NCBI GenBank assembly: GCA_963712745.1
Contig: CAVQJC010000017.1
Span: 320,001-384,000 of the forward strand
Direction of reading: 5' to 3'
Source of the DNA: an uncultured Chloroflexia bacterium
GTDB taxonomy: Bacteria > Chloroflexota > Limnocylindria > Limnocylindrales > CSP1-4
Length of the DNA: 64,000 nt
Each line of letters starts with the position of its first letter. Within the stretch, counting starts at the first letter, position 1. This document shows, in pieces, positions 38,890 to 48,914 of the stretch. A program made the translations under genes and the position numbers. The notes beneath the pieces are model-generated. The model did no database searches. It was not told where the DNA came from and saw only the letters and a program-made list of their open reading frames with translations.

Positions 38890-40419
38890 ATGGCCCAGCA
38901 TGAGACGCCGGGCGCGTTCGAACGCGTCCAGCAACCCGACCCCACCGCCACGGCTCCGGCGTCCTCTCGCTCCCTGCGCTGGGCCATCAGCCGCGGCCAG
39001 CTGTTCATGCTGCTGGCCTTCTTCCTGCCGGCGGTGGCCTCGCTGCTGGCCCCGGTGCTGACGGGGGACATCTCCTACCAGGTGCGGGCGGGCCAGCTCA
39101 TGTTCGAAGCCGGGCGCGTCATCGACACCGACCCGTTCACCTTCACCGTGGCGGGCGAGCCCTGGGTCAACCAGCAGTGGGGCGCCAGCATCGTCTTCGC
39201 GGCCGTCTACGATCTCGTCGGCTGGACCGGCCTGCTGCTCATGCGCGCGCTGCTCGTCGGCTCCGCCTTCGCGCTCGTCTACGCCGCCAACCGCGCGACC
39301 GGCGCCAACCGCATCGTCTCCTCGCTGGTGATGCTGGGCATGTTCGTGGTGGCCGCCACCAACCTGGCCCTACGTTCGCAGATGTTCGGGGTCGTCGGTT
39401 TCGCGGCCGTCGTGGCTCTCCTCGCCTGGCGGCACAAGCATCCTCGCCTGATGTGGCTGATCCCGCTGATCATGATCGCCTGGGCCAACACCCACGGTTC
39501 GTTCTTCATGGGCTGGCTGGCCATCGGACTGGCCGCGCTGGAGGACCTGGTGGCACGGCGACGGCTGGCCGTACAGACCATCGTCGTGGGCGTGGTCTCG
39601 GTGCTGGTCACACTCATCCACCCCTGGGGCGTGGAGATGTGGGCATACGTGGTGGAGCTCTCCTCCAACTCGCTCATCTCTGCGCTGGTGAGCGAGTGGC
39701 AGCCATCGACGCTCCAGACACCCACCGGCATCTTCTTCTTCGCCTCGCTGGCGGTCATGATCCTGTTGCTTCTCGTGCGCGGCCGCGTCATCTCGTGGCT
39801 CCAGCTGGCCTGGCTGGCCGGGCTCGCGCTGCTGAGCCTGATGGCGGTGCGCAACGTGGTCTGGTGGGCCATCGGTGCCGCGCCCATCCTGGCTATCCTC
39901 GTGAGCGGCCTCGAGTTCCGCGGGAGGCGCCTGGGCGATCCTGTCTTCGACGAACCCCGGGGCGCGGGCTACACCGCCATCGCCGGCCTGGCCGGGGTGA
40001 TGGCCCTGCTGGTGCTGCCCATCTGGCGGCCGATCGACCCGCTCTATGGACCCGAGAACGTCGTGCGCTACGCCCCCCGCGGCGTGACCGAGACCCTGCG
40101 CGCCGAAGCCACGACCGGCGACAGGCTCCTGGCCGATCAGCAGTGGGGTTCCTGGTTCGAGCTCGCGCTGCCGGGCGTGCCAGTGATGGTCGACACGCGC
40201 ATCGAGCTCTTCGACGCGGAGGTTTGGGGCGACTACCTGCATGTCCAGGGCGGACGCGAGGACTGGGCCGATATCCTCGACCGCTGGGGCGTCACGTTCG
40301 TGGCGGCCGACGCCGCCAACCGGCAGTTGCTGCCGTTCATCGAGGCGCACCCGGGCTGGGAGTTGCTGCACGAGGACGCGGAGGGCCTCGTCTACCGGCG
40401 CGTGGAGCCGCGGGCCTAG
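38890..40419 (+). CDS. multi-pass membrane protein, GT-C glycosyltransferase-like
   Basis: DPFTFT..PWVNQQW, LRSQ, WANTHGSF, SEWQP, VMVDTRIELF. Confidence 0.7.
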   Translation: MAQHETPGAFERVQQPDPTATAPASSRSLRWAISRGQLFMLLAFFLPAVASLLAPVLTGDISYQVRAGQLMFEAGRVIDTDPFTFTVAGEPWVNQQWGASIVFAAVYDLVGWTGLLLMRALLVGSAFALVYAANRATGANRIVSSLVMLGMFVVAATNLALRSQMFGVVGFAAVVALLAWRHKHPRLMWLIPLIMIAWANTHGSFFMGWLAIGLAALEDLVARRRLAVQTIVVGVVSVLVTLIHPWGVEMWAYVVELSSNSLISALVSEWQPSTLQTPTGIFFFASLAVMILLLLVRGRVISWLQLAWLAGLALLSLMAVRNVVWWAIGAAPILAILVSGLEFRGRRLGDPVFDEPRGAGYTAIAGLAGVMALLVLPIWRPIDPLYGPENVVRYAPRGVTETLRAEATTGDRLLADQQWGSWFELALPGVPVMVDTRIELFDAEVWGDYLHVQGGREDWADILDRWGVTFVAADAANRQLLPFIEAHPGWELLHEDAEGLVYRRVEPRA

Positions 40420-40424
40420 ACAGG

Positions 40425-40952
40425 CTAGATGCTGGTCTGGCTGAGGATCTGCTTGAGTTCCGCGGTGTACGTCCGACCGGCCATCGTGCGGCTCAGCCAC
40501 TCGAGGTAGTTGCGGTCGTAGGCGGCGACCTGTGAGATCGACCAGCCGCGGTATCGGCCGAAGGAGAGCACGCTGCCCGCGGCGACCGGGTAGCGCGGCG
40601 GCGGGCCCGCCTCGCCGTACTGGGCCGAGGCTGGCGTCGGCTCCATCTGTGGGCGCACCGTCCATCCGCCACCGTCGTATTTCAGGTTGGTCGCGCCGGG
40701 CATCGACTGGCGGGCATGGCCGACCAGCTCGCCGTCCTTGGACTTGCCGATGATCTCGTCGTAGCGAGCGCGCTTCTCCCCGTTGCTGAGGATGGCGTAG
40801 GCCTCGTTGATCTGGGCCATCTTCTCGGAGCCTTCGGGGCCGGCATGGTCCGGGTGGTACTGCTTGGCCAGCGCCCGATACGCCGCGTTGATCACTTCGA
40901 TCGTCGCGCTGGGGTGCAGCATCAGTACTTCGTACAGTGTTCGCTCAGCCAT
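40425..40952 (-). CDS. J-domain protein with short C-terminal FGRYRG domain
   Basis: LYEVL..AYRALAKQYHPD..INEAYAIL..RARYD; FGRYRGWSISQV..YLEWL. Confidence 0.88.
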   Translation of the reverse strand: MAERTLYEVLMLHPSATIEVINAAYRALAKQYHPDHAGPEGSEKMAQINEAYAILSNGEKRARYDEIIGKSKDGELVGHARQSMPGATNLKYDGGGWTVRPQMEPTPASAQYGEAGPPPRYPVAAGSVLSFGRYRGWSISQVAAYDRNYLEWLSRTMAGRTYTAELKQILSQTSI

Positions 40953-41171
40953 GTATGTCGACTCTAGACGGCCACCTACGACCGTCGTACTAACCCTTTG
41001 GTCCCACGCCCATCGCACCGCGCCGGTGCCAACCGTACCGGGTGGTGCGTCCTGTCAACACGAGGTCACACCAGCGAAGGTGTCAAAGACTCAGCAGTCC
41101 TGTGGATGTTTCCGTGCTTCGGTCACGGGCGGTCTGGCTGAAGTTGGCGAAGGGATGGCCGGGGCGACGTC

Positions 41172-42275
41172 CTAGGACAGCCCATCCCATTCGACGACGC
41201 CGACGAACTCGTCGACGAGGGCGGCGTCGAACTGCCGACCGCGCTCCTGGCGCAATTCGCTCACAGCCTCGGTGATCGAAAGCGGATCCCGGTAGGGACG
41301 GAACTGCGTCATCGCGTCGAAGGCGTCGACGATGCCGATGATGCGGGCTCCTGTGGGGATCTGCTCGCCCACGAGACCGTCCGGATAGCCCTGTCCGTCC
41401 CAGCGCTCGTGGTGGTGGCGGATGATGGGGCCGAGCCGCTCGGCACCCGGGAGCGGCGCCGCGATGCGTTCGCCGATCTCGACATGGCGCCGCACCATCT
41501 CCAGCTCGTCGTCGCTGAGCGGGCCGCGCTTGAGCATGATCGATTCAGAGATGCCGATCCGGCCCAGGTCATGGAGCAGGATGCTATAGGCCACCGCCTG
41601 CAGGTCGGCCGAGGAGAGACCGACGCGCCGGCCCAGCTCCGCGGCCCAGCGTCCGATGCGCTCGGTGTGATTCTGGATGTCGGCATCGCGTGCGTTCATC
41701 TCCTGTGCGAGCGTGGTGATGACGCGGTGCGCTGCCTCCATGCCCAGCAGTGCACGCCGCATGCGCAGGGCTGCCTTGATGCGTGCCAGCAACACGTACG
41801 GGTCGACAGGTTTCATGACCACGTCGTCCGCGCCCTCGCTGAGGGTGGCCATGGCGGTGTCGTGGTGGGTGGGGCTGCTCAGGATGACGATGGGCAGATC
41901 CTGGTAGCGCCGATCACGGTGGACCTTGCGCATGAGGTCAGTGCCACCGGCATCGCCCACACTCATGTCCAGCAGGACCACGTCGATGGCGTGGGCCTCG
42001 AGCGCCTGGAGCACGCCGTCGCCGGTGGTCTCTATGACGGTGTCGTAGCCGTCCTGCTGCAGGACGGAGGCGATGACACGCTGGCTCATCACGTCACGGT
42101 CCGCGACCAGGACTCGGGCGCTGCCGAGGTCGAGCGCGGCAGCGGTCTTGCCGCCGGGCGCGGCCGCTGCATTCGCGAGCGCGGCTGTCATCTCAGGGCT
42201 GCCAGTCAGGTTCACGCCAGTGGGGATGCCGGACGCCTGGCGCGCACCTAGGGCCGATCGCAGGGCGGAAGTCAT
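41172..42275 (-). CDS. receiver + HD-GYP phosphodiesterase (RpfG-like)
   Basis: VVLLD..KP receiver; LLHDLGRIG, HHERWDGQGYPDGL; start uncertain. Confidence 0.9.
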   Translation of the reverse strand: MTSALRSALGARQASGIPTGVNLTGSPEMTAALANAAAAPGGKTAAALDLGSARVLVADRDVMSQRVIASVLQQDGYDTVIETTGDGVLQALEAHAIDVVLLDMSVGDAGGTDLMRKVHRDRRYQDLPIVILSSPTHHDTAMATLSEGADDVVMKPVDPYVLLARIKAALRMRRALLGMEAAHRVITTLAQEMNARDADIQNHTERIGRWAAELGRRVGLSSADLQAVAYSILLHDLGRIGISESIMLKRGPLSDDELEMVRRHVEIGERIAAPLPGAERLGPIIRHHHERWDGQGYPDGLVGEQIPTGARIIGIVDAFDAMTQFRPYRDPLSITEAVSELRQERGRQFDAALVDEFVGVVEWDGLS

Positions 42276-42635
42276 GTCGCGCACATAGTCTGGTGACCGC
42301 GGGCACCTGACAATCAGGACCATAGGGCTGGGCCCCGTGAGCCGACAGGCCATGGTGGTTCAAGCCTGCCGCCGGTCGGCGCCGAGGTCCGGTTCGGGCT
42401 GGGTTACAGCGCGCTCGTTCGGGCGATGACCTCACCATTCGTTGCGCAGGTGATGAACGCCTCGTCGACGGTGTGATCCCCTTCCACGGGTCTGTGCCTG
42501 TCGAGGATGACGCTCCTCGAGAGACATCCCGGTTCGAGCGAACGATGGCCATGCTCCGCTAGCCATGGACTTGGACGTCACCATGGGCTGGTCGCGCCTG
42601 CCACAAGACGATGAACCGCATGAGAGCCGTGACGG

Positions 42636-42665
42636 GCACCGCCACGGCGGCCTTCGTGGCGGTGC
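42636..42665. terminator. GC-rich hairpin downstream of DUF4397 gene
   Basis: GCACCGCCACG-N8-CGTGGCGGTGC, no clear U tail. Confidence 0.45.
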
Positions 42666-42735
42666 GTCTGCGGTCCGAGCATGCATCCCGGGCCCGGCGA
42701 TACGTTGTACGCGGATCGCCGGGCTGTCCGGTGAG

Positions 42736-44031
42736 CTACGAAGTCGCGTCGACCAGCAGGACCACCCGGAAGGTGCCGTCGGCAGGGGAGCCGATGGCAT
42801 AGGCGCTGTAGTTCTTGCCCTTCTCGAGCGACAGGACAGGCAGGTCGGCGATGACCCCCTTCTTGCCCGGCTTGCGGACGTCCAGATCGTAGTCTCCGGC
42901 CTTCAGGGTCAGGTACTCGAGGACATCCTTGTAGGCGATCTTCTTGACGATCGCGGCCTTGGGCTTGGCGCCGTCTGGAGCGATGTCGACCTTGGGTGCG
43001 TCGGCGCTCAGATGACCCACGCGGAGCTTCGCTCTCTTGGCCTCCGTGGCGGTGTCGTCCTCGATGACGCTGGCTTCGATGTTGGCGAGGCTGTTGCTCG
43101 CGATGATGGTCGTACGCGTATCACCTTCGAAGGGAAGCGTCGCATCGATAACGACCGGGCTGTCCTCGAGCGAGCCTCCCGAACCGATGATCTGGATCTG
43201 GTTCTCCCCGACCGGCACGGTGAGGTAGGGCGAACTCAGCCCGAACGGCAGGTTCCCGAAGACACGAACGCCGTTGAGGACGACGTCGATAGGCGGTGCA
43301 TCCGGTGACCCGTGCAGGATGCGCACCTGTGCCGTGGTGGGGATGGAGGCATCGAGCGCTGGGACCACCGTGAACGTCCCGGCTTCAAGGCTGCCGACCG
43401 CGAAGGCGCTGGAACTCGTTCCGGCGGCGAACTCGAGCGGCGGAAGCGTCACGACCGCATCGGTGCTGCCGGCCTCTCGGACCTCGAGTTCATAGCTGCC
43501 GGGCGGAAGGTTCGCGTAGCCGGAGTCGTCCGGGTATGCGAGGTTCGAGATGATGGGGTCACCGCCGACGGGTGCGATGTCCACCGGTGGGGCGTCGAAC
43601 GCGAAGTGGACCACCCGTGCCTGACCCTCACTGACGCTGGGGCTGGGGTCGTCGAGCAGGACCTGCGGAATGATGCCTTCCGCGAGACTGCCGGTGGCTG
43701 CCACGGTGGTGGCTGTGCCCCCCTCGAAGGTGAGTGCTTCATCGATGACCACGGGGCCCTCGACGAGCGACGAGCCGGCGGGCACGACCTGGATCTGGTA
43801 CTCAGCCGCGGGAACTACCAGGTAGTCCGTGATGGAGCCGAACTCGAGCCCTTCGACGACGCGATCGCCGTTGGCGTAGACGTCGACGGCCGGTGCATCG
43901 CCGGAGCCGTGAAGGACCCGCACCTTGGCGCTCTCATCCTGGGCTGCTGTGGCCGCGGGCATGGCCAGGAGCGCCGCAAGTGCCAACGAGCTGGCCAGCA
44001 CCTTGGCACTGCGGATGGTCGATTCGGGCAT
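42736..44031 (-). CDS. secreted protein with tandem DUF4397 domains
   Basis: signal peptide; four RVxHxSxDAPxVD units. Confidence 0.88.
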   Translation of the reverse strand: MPESTIRSAKVLASSLALAALLAMPAATAAQDESAKVRVLHGSGDAPAVDVYANGDRVVEGLEFGSITDYLVVPAAEYQIQVVPAGSSLVEGPVVIDEALTFEGGTATTVAATGSLAEGIIPQVLLDDPSPSVSEGQARVVHFAFDAPPVDIAPVGGDPIISNLAYPDDSGYANLPPGSYELEVREAGSTDAVVTLPPLEFAAGTSSSAFAVGSLEAGTFTVVPALDASIPTTAQVRILHGSPDAPPIDVVLNGVRVFGNLPFGLSSPYLTVPVGENQIQIIGSGGSLEDSPVVIDATLPFEGDTRTTIIASNSLANIEASVIEDDTATEAKRAKLRVGHLSADAPKVDIAPDGAKPKAAIVKKIAYKDVLEYLTLKAGDYDLDVRKPGKKGVIADLPVLSLEKGKNYSAYAIGSPADGTFRVVLLVDATS

Positions 44032-44323
44032 CTGCTCCTCCTCTGCGCAATTCGTCCGTGACGAGCATCGCGCAAGCCGCCGGACCATGAGCGAATTGGC
44101 GCTCGTCGCAACTCGGTGTCGCGAGTGACAGTCCAGCCACTTCGTGAACCCTGATGCTACACCCGTTGCGTGCTTGTTCCAACCCGTGGAGGGTTCGCTC
44201 AACTGCTCTCGGAAAGGTCGGCCTACGAGGGCGTCCAACCGGTGGCAGGCTACGATGCGTTCAGCCCGTCGGAGGCGTTCCCAATGGACGTCATCGGGCA
44301 GCCCCGAACCCCACAGGTAGCCC

Positions 44324-45358
44324 ATGAACACCTTGACTAACGACAGCGAGCCGATCATCCGCACCGAAGACGTGGTCAAGCGTTTCGGCAAGGAGACGTT
44401 GGCGCTCGACGGCGTCAGCATCGCCATCGCGCCAGGCAGCATCTACGGACTGCTCGGCCCCAACGGTGCCGGCAAGACCACGCTCATCCGAGTCCTTACC
44501 ACGCTGCTGGAGCCCGACTCCGGTGGAGCCTGGGTGGCCGGGGTCGACGTACTCACGGACCCGGTCACGGCTCGAACCAGGATAGGCCTGGCCGGTCAGT
44601 CGGCAGCTATCGACGGTTTCCTGACCGGGCGCGAGAACGTGGTCATGATCGGACAGCTCTACGGACTCTCCACCAAGGAGGCCAAGTCTCGAGCGGCCGA
44701 CGTCCTCGATCGCATCGATCTCACCGAGTCCGCCGATCGCCAGGTCAAGACGTATTCGGGCGGCATGCGCCGGCGCCTTGATCTGGCCGCGTCGCTGGTG
44801 GGTCGGCCGGAGGTGATGTTCCTCGACGAGCCCACCACCGGCATCGACCCGCGCAGCCGCATGGACATCTGGGACATCATCCGCGACCTGCAATCGGACG
44901 GCACCACGCTGCTGATGACCACGCAGTACCTCGAGGAGGTCGACTATCTCGCCGACCGCATCGGCGTCATCGACCACGGCAAGCTCATCGCCGAGGGCAC
45001 CGCCAACGAGCTGAAGTCAGAGATCGGCGGCGCGGTCATCGAGGTGGTCGTGCCCGAGGAGCAGCGGGAGCATGCCTCGCAGGTGCTGCGCCGCGTGACC
45101 GCCGAGGAGCCCATGTTCGAACCCAACAAACGTTGCCTGGTGGTACATGCACCGAACGGTTCCCGGACACTGATGGACGTAGTCCGCGCGCTCGACGAGG
45201 CCGGCTTGACGCCAGACGACCTGGAGATGCACAAGCCCACCCTCGATGAGGTCTTCCTGACTCTCACCGGACATGTCGCCGAGACGCCGGTAGATGAGGG
45301 AGACGATGCCAAGCCGAAGGAAGTCGGCCGCTCGCGATTCGGGAGGCGATCACGATGA
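44324..45358 (+). CDS. ABC exporter ATP-binding protein (DrrA-like)
   Basis: GPNGAGKTT, YSGGMRRRLDLA, LDEPTTG, TTQYLEE. Confidence 0.93.
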   Translation: MNTLTNDSEPIIRTEDVVKRFGKETLALDGVSIAIAPGSIYGLLGPNGAGKTTLIRVLTTLLEPDSGGAWVAGVDVLTDPVTARTRIGLAGQSAAIDGFLTGRENVVMIGQLYGLSTKEAKSRAADVLDRIDLTESADRQVKTYSGGMRRRLDLAASLVGRPEVMFLDEPTTGIDPRSRMDIWDIIRDLQSDGTTLLMTTQYLEEVDYLADRIGVIDHGKLIAEGTANELKSEIGGAVIEVVVPEEQREHASQVLRRVTAEEPMFEPNKRCLVVHAPNGSRTLMDVVRALDEAGLTPDDLEMHKPTLDEVFLTLTGHVAETPVDEGDDAKPKEVGRSRFGRRSR

Positions 45359-46188
45359 CCAGCCCCGTACGATCGACCCCGGCACGCACTTCCATCGGCG
45401 TAGGTCACGCGCTGCGTGACATGCGCATCATCACCAGGCGGAACCTGTTGCGCTTCACGCGCATGCCCCAGCTCCTGGTGTTCGCGACGATCCAGCCGGT
45501 CATGTTCCTGCTGCTCTTCAACTTCGTCTTCGGCGGCGCCATGGCGCTCGGTCTTGCGGGCGGAGGCGACTACATCAACTTCCTGATCCCCGGCATCCTC
45601 GTCCAGACCGTGGTCTTTGGAGCCACCAACACCGCGGTGGGCCTGACCGAGGACCTCAATGGCGGTGTCATCGACCGCTTCCGGTCGTTGCCCATGGCGC
45701 GTTCCGCGGTGATGGGCGGGCGCACGCTCGCGGATCTGGTTCGCAGCGCCGGCGTCCAGGCGCTGATGCTCATCGTGGGCATCATCATCGGCTTCCAGGC
45801 CGGAAGCTGGGTCGGATTGGCGGTCGGCTTCGTGCTGGCTGTGCTCTTCGGCTTCGCGGTGTCGTGGTTCTTCGCCACCATCGGCCTGATCGTGCGCAAC
45901 CCCGAGGCCACGCAGGGCGCCTCGTTCTTCCTGGTCTTCCCATTCGTCTTCGCGAGCTCGGTGTTCGTACCGACCGCCACGATGCCGGACTGGTTGCGGC
46001 TCTTCGCAGAACACCAGCCGGTAACCATCCTGACCAATACCGTGCGCAAGCTGACCTTCCCCGACGTGCCCATCTCTGGGGGCAATTCGATCGAGTCCCT
46101 GCTGCTGCGTTCGGCCCTCTGGATCGTCGGGCTGATCGTGGTCTTCGGCTGGCTCAGCGTCCGCCAATACAAGAAGGTCGTGGCCTGA
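45355..46188 (+). CDS. ABC-2 type permease (DrrB-like)
   Basis: IQPVMFLLLF, GVIDRFRSLPM, FASSVFVP..MPDWL. Confidence 0.92.
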   Translation: MTSPVRSTPARTSIGVGHALRDMRIITRRNLLRFTRMPQLLVFATIQPVMFLLLFNFVFGGAMALGLAGGGDYINFLIPGILVQTVVFGATNTAVGLTEDLNGGVIDRFRSLPMARSAVMGGRTLADLVRSAGVQALMLIVGIIIGFQAGSWVGLAVGFVLAVLFGFAVSWFFATIGLIVRNPEATQGASFFLVFPFVFASSVFVPTATMPDWLRLFAEHQPVTILTNTVRKLTFPDVPISGGNSIESLLLRSALWIVGLIVVFGWLSVRQYKKVVA

Positions 46189-46304
46189 GCTTGCAGCACC
46201 CGCGAGTCCTGGCCACCGGCCGGCCCGATGCACGGCCCAACGGGCGCAGGGACCTGCCGAACCCCCTGTCTCGGATACTCCCGAACCTCTAGCTGCTCAA
46301 CCTC

Positions 46305-47417
46305 TAGTGGTCCGCGTCATTAGTTCGTTGACAGGATGTGCGATGATGGGCGCATGCAGTCATCCGGGTTCTCCATCACCGATGAGGATCGCTTGACCCT
46401 GACGAGGTGGACGAAGGCCACCACGGTGTCCGCGGGCCATGCCGAGCGCGCGGCGATCGTGCTCGCCTGTGCCGACGGCGCGGGCACGTCGGCGACGGCG
46501 CGCCGGCTCGGGATCTCGCGTCCGACGGTCATCAAGTGGCGGGAGCGGTTCGCCGCGCAGGGCATCGCGGGGCTCGATGACGAGCCGCGCTCCGGCCGGC
46601 CCAAGGTCGTCGACGACGCGGCCATCATCGCGGCCACCCTCGATCCGCCACCCGAGCGGCTGGGCGTGACGCACTGGTCGACGCGCCTGTTGGCCCACGA
46701 GATCGGGGTCGGCGATGCCACGGTCGCGAGAGCCTGGCGCCGCTTCCACGTGCAGCCGTGGCGACAGGGCACGTTCAAGTTCTCGACCGACCCCGAGCTC
46801 GAGGCCAAGGTCCGCGACGTGGTCGGGCTCTACCTCGAGCCGCCCGAGCAGGCGATCGTGCTCTGCGTCGACGAGAAGAGCCAGCTCCAGGCCCTCGACC
46901 GGACCCAGCCGATGCTGCCGCTGCGGCCCGGCCAGGTCGAGCGCCGGACGCACGACTACAAGCGGAACGGGATCACGAACCTGTTCGCCGCGCTCGAGGT
47001 GGCCACGGGCAAGGTCACCGATCGCTGCTACGACCGGCACGGCAAGGCCGAGTTCCTCGACTTCCTCAAGCGCGTGGCCAAGGCCTACCCCCGACGGGAG
47101 CTGCACGTGATCCTCGATAACTACCACACCCACAAGCACGACGATGTCGACCGCTGGCTGGCCAAGCACCCCCGGGTGATGCTCCACTTCACCCCGACCT
47201 CGGGCTCGTGGCTCAACCTCGTCGAGGTCTTCTTCGGCATCATCAGCCGTCAGGCGATCCGCCGCGGCTCGTTCGCCAGCGTCCCGGAGCTCGTGGCCGC
47301 CATCCGGGCCTTCATCGATGGCTGGAACGAGCGCTGCCACCCGTTCACCTGGACGAAGACCGCTGACCAGATCCTGCCCCGCGCGACCCGTCAAACGACT
47401 TCAGACGCGGGACACTA
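46305..47417 (+). mobile_element. IS630 family insertion sequence
   Basis: imperfect ~29-bp terminal IRs (CTAGTGGTCCGCGTC.. / ..GACGCGGGACACTAG), TA duplicated at 46305-6 and 47416-7 within CTAG. Confidence 0.92.
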
Positions 47418-47418
47418 G
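46336..47418 (+). CDS. IS630 transposase
   Basis: HTH, PRSGRP, THWSTR, DDE: CVDEKSQ, ILDNY, SWLNLVE. Confidence 0.95.
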   Translation: MCDDGRMQSSGFSITDEDRLTLTRWTKATTVSAGHAERAAIVLACADGAGTSATARRLGISRPTVIKWRERFAAQGIAGLDDEPRSGRPKVVDDAAIIAATLDPPPERLGVTHWSTRLLAHEIGVGDATVARAWRRFHVQPWRQGTFKFSTDPELEAKVRDVVGLYLEPPEQAIVLCVDEKSQLQALDRTQPMLPLRPGQVERRTHDYKRNGITNLFAALEVATGKVTDRCYDRHGKAEFLDFLKRVAKAYPRRELHVILDNYHTHKHDDVDRWLAKHPRVMLHFTPTSGSWLNLVEVFFGIISRQAIRRGSFASVPELVAAIRAFIDGWNERCHPFTWTKTADQILPRATRQTTSDAGH

Positions 47419-47614
47419 CGCATGGGTAGAGCACGCCGAGTCGCGACTACGGCCAACGGTAGGCCTGCCCCTTTCCACGCTGCAACGCCGCCCTCCGCCA
47501 AGTAGCCCGGTCGCGCCGTCTCGGACCGAAGCCGACGTCAGCGGTATCGTTGGCTGGCCAATCGAACCAGTCTGAGGTCTCCATGTCCGAGCTCTCGCCA
47601 GTGACCGTCTCTCT

Positions 47615-48352
47615 ATGCGGATGAATCGTCTCGTCCGCCGTGCAACCGTGATGGTGGCACTGGTCGCCATCACGCTGACCGCCGCCTCCGGCAGCGCCAT
47701 CGCCGACCCGCCGACCGCACCATCATCCCCAACGTCCGACGACATGAACGATGCGGCCCCGATGCCGACTTCGATGGCGACACCGACGTCCGAACCGGCG
47801 GAGACACCGGGCCAGGAGTCGACCCAGCCCGTCGCGACCGAACCGCGGGATTGCCGGCGACTCACGGACTTCACCGCCGACGACACGGGCACGTGGTTCA
47901 TCGTGAACGACGGCGTCATGGGGGGCCGTTCCGATGGCGGTGGGCTCATCGCTGAGTCGCTGCTGCAATTCGAAGGCAGCGTCGTAACTGCCGGGGGTGG
48001 ATTCACGAGTGCCAGGCTTCGCTTGGAGGGAGACGAACTGGTCGACACCTCCCGCATCGAGATGCGCGTGCGCCCCGATGTACGCACGTACGGCCTCACC
48101 CTGGAGGACGCCGCCGAATTCCGTGGGCGCCTGGTGTCGCACCGAGCCGATCTCGACATCGGCCCTGTCGACAGCGATGGCTGGGCGATCGCCACGGTGG
48201 AGTACGACCAGCTCGTGCCGTCGGTGTTCGGACTGCTCGTCGACGCGCCGCCGTTCGACCCCGCTGCAGCCCGTGAGCTCGGGATAATCATCGCCGATGG
48301 AATCGACGGCGACTTCGCCCTCGACATCGACTGGATCGACGCCTGCTCCTGA
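47615..48352 (+). CDS. secreted CIA30-family (carbohydrate-binding-like) protein
   Basis: signal peptide, Pro/Thr linker, WFIVNDGVMGGRS, GGGFTSAR. Confidence 0.85.
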   Translation: MRMNRLVRRATVMVALVAITLTAASGSAIADPPTAPSSPTSDDMNDAAPMPTSMATPTSEPAETPGQESTQPVATEPRDCRRLTDFTADDTGTWFIVNDGVMGGRSDGGGLIAESLLQFEGSVVTAGGGFTSARLRLEGDELVDTSRIEMRVRPDVRTYGLTLEDAAEFRGRLVSHRADLDIGPVDSDGWAIATVEYDQLVPSVFGLLVDAPPFDPAAARELGIIIADGIDGDFALDIDWIDACS

Positions 48353-48410
48353 GTGGCGTCGGCCCCGATGTTCCCGAGTGGCGCTACTGTTCTGATTGAG
48401 TCCGAGACAC

Positions 48411-48517
48411 GGGCCGGTAGCTCAGCAGTCAGAGCAGGGGACTTTTAAGCATTCCGAGCTGAGCGCTGTGCTTCCCTGAGTGGAGGAGCGAGCGAAGCGG
48501 GCACAGTTATCGGCTGT
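48411..48517 (+). repeat. 5' half of tRNA-Lys (38 nt) plus conserved 69-nt hairpin; att-like site copy 1
   Basis: 37/38 match to 54074-54111; following 69 nt match 51087-51155 at 55/69. Confidence 0.9.
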
Positions 48518-48576
48518 TGGCGAGCTCGTTCTAGCAGCAGATCAGGTCCACCCCAGAGCACCCCGGGGGCGTCCAG

Positions 48577-48766
48577 CTACTCCTTGTCGGGGTCGATCCC
48601 ACGGGCCCGGAGCATCTCGCGGGGGTCGAGCGTGATGCCCGGCCACTTCTGCGTGAGGCGGCGCTTGGCGTCGGGCGGCACGACCAGGTCCGGATCGATC
48701 TCCAGGTCTCGGAGCCACTGCTCCTGCTGGTCCCTCGATCGCTCGCCGGACGAGCTCGCTTGTCAT
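48577..48766 (-). pseudogene. chimeric remnant: ECF sigma-like start (MTSELVRRAIEG) joined out of frame to a C-terminal fragment of another gene
   Basis: start resembles MDRDLVLRAQAGD/DSDLVVQAQGGD; GGAAC-N16-CGTC upstream; GC3-rich frame DQQEQWLRDLE..DPDKE*. Confidence 0.45.
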
Positions 48767-48857
48767 GCGGGGCCGTTCCCTTGACGCGACGGACTTCTCC
48801 GCGTTCCTCCGTCTTGCGTTGCCCACGGGTAGGAGTAATCCATCGGGTGCAAGAAGG

Positions 48858-48890
48858 GACCCGGGCCACCTCGCTGGGCAGGCCCGGGTC
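48858..48890 (-). terminator. intrinsic terminator-like hairpin
   Basis: GACCCGGGCC-N13-GGCCCGGGTC followed by CCTTCTT on minus strand, after the 48915 stop. Confidence 0.55.
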
Positions 48891-48914
48891 TCGCTGCTTG
48901 TCGCCTGGGTGTGG

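Noticed and set aside
4-47394. Many long opposite-strand ORFs (e.g. 4-1296, 1913-3364, 27756-29717, 31616-33472, 46360-47394)
   Set aside because: Antisense shadows of high-GC genes; no motifs, and they overlap well-supported CDSs
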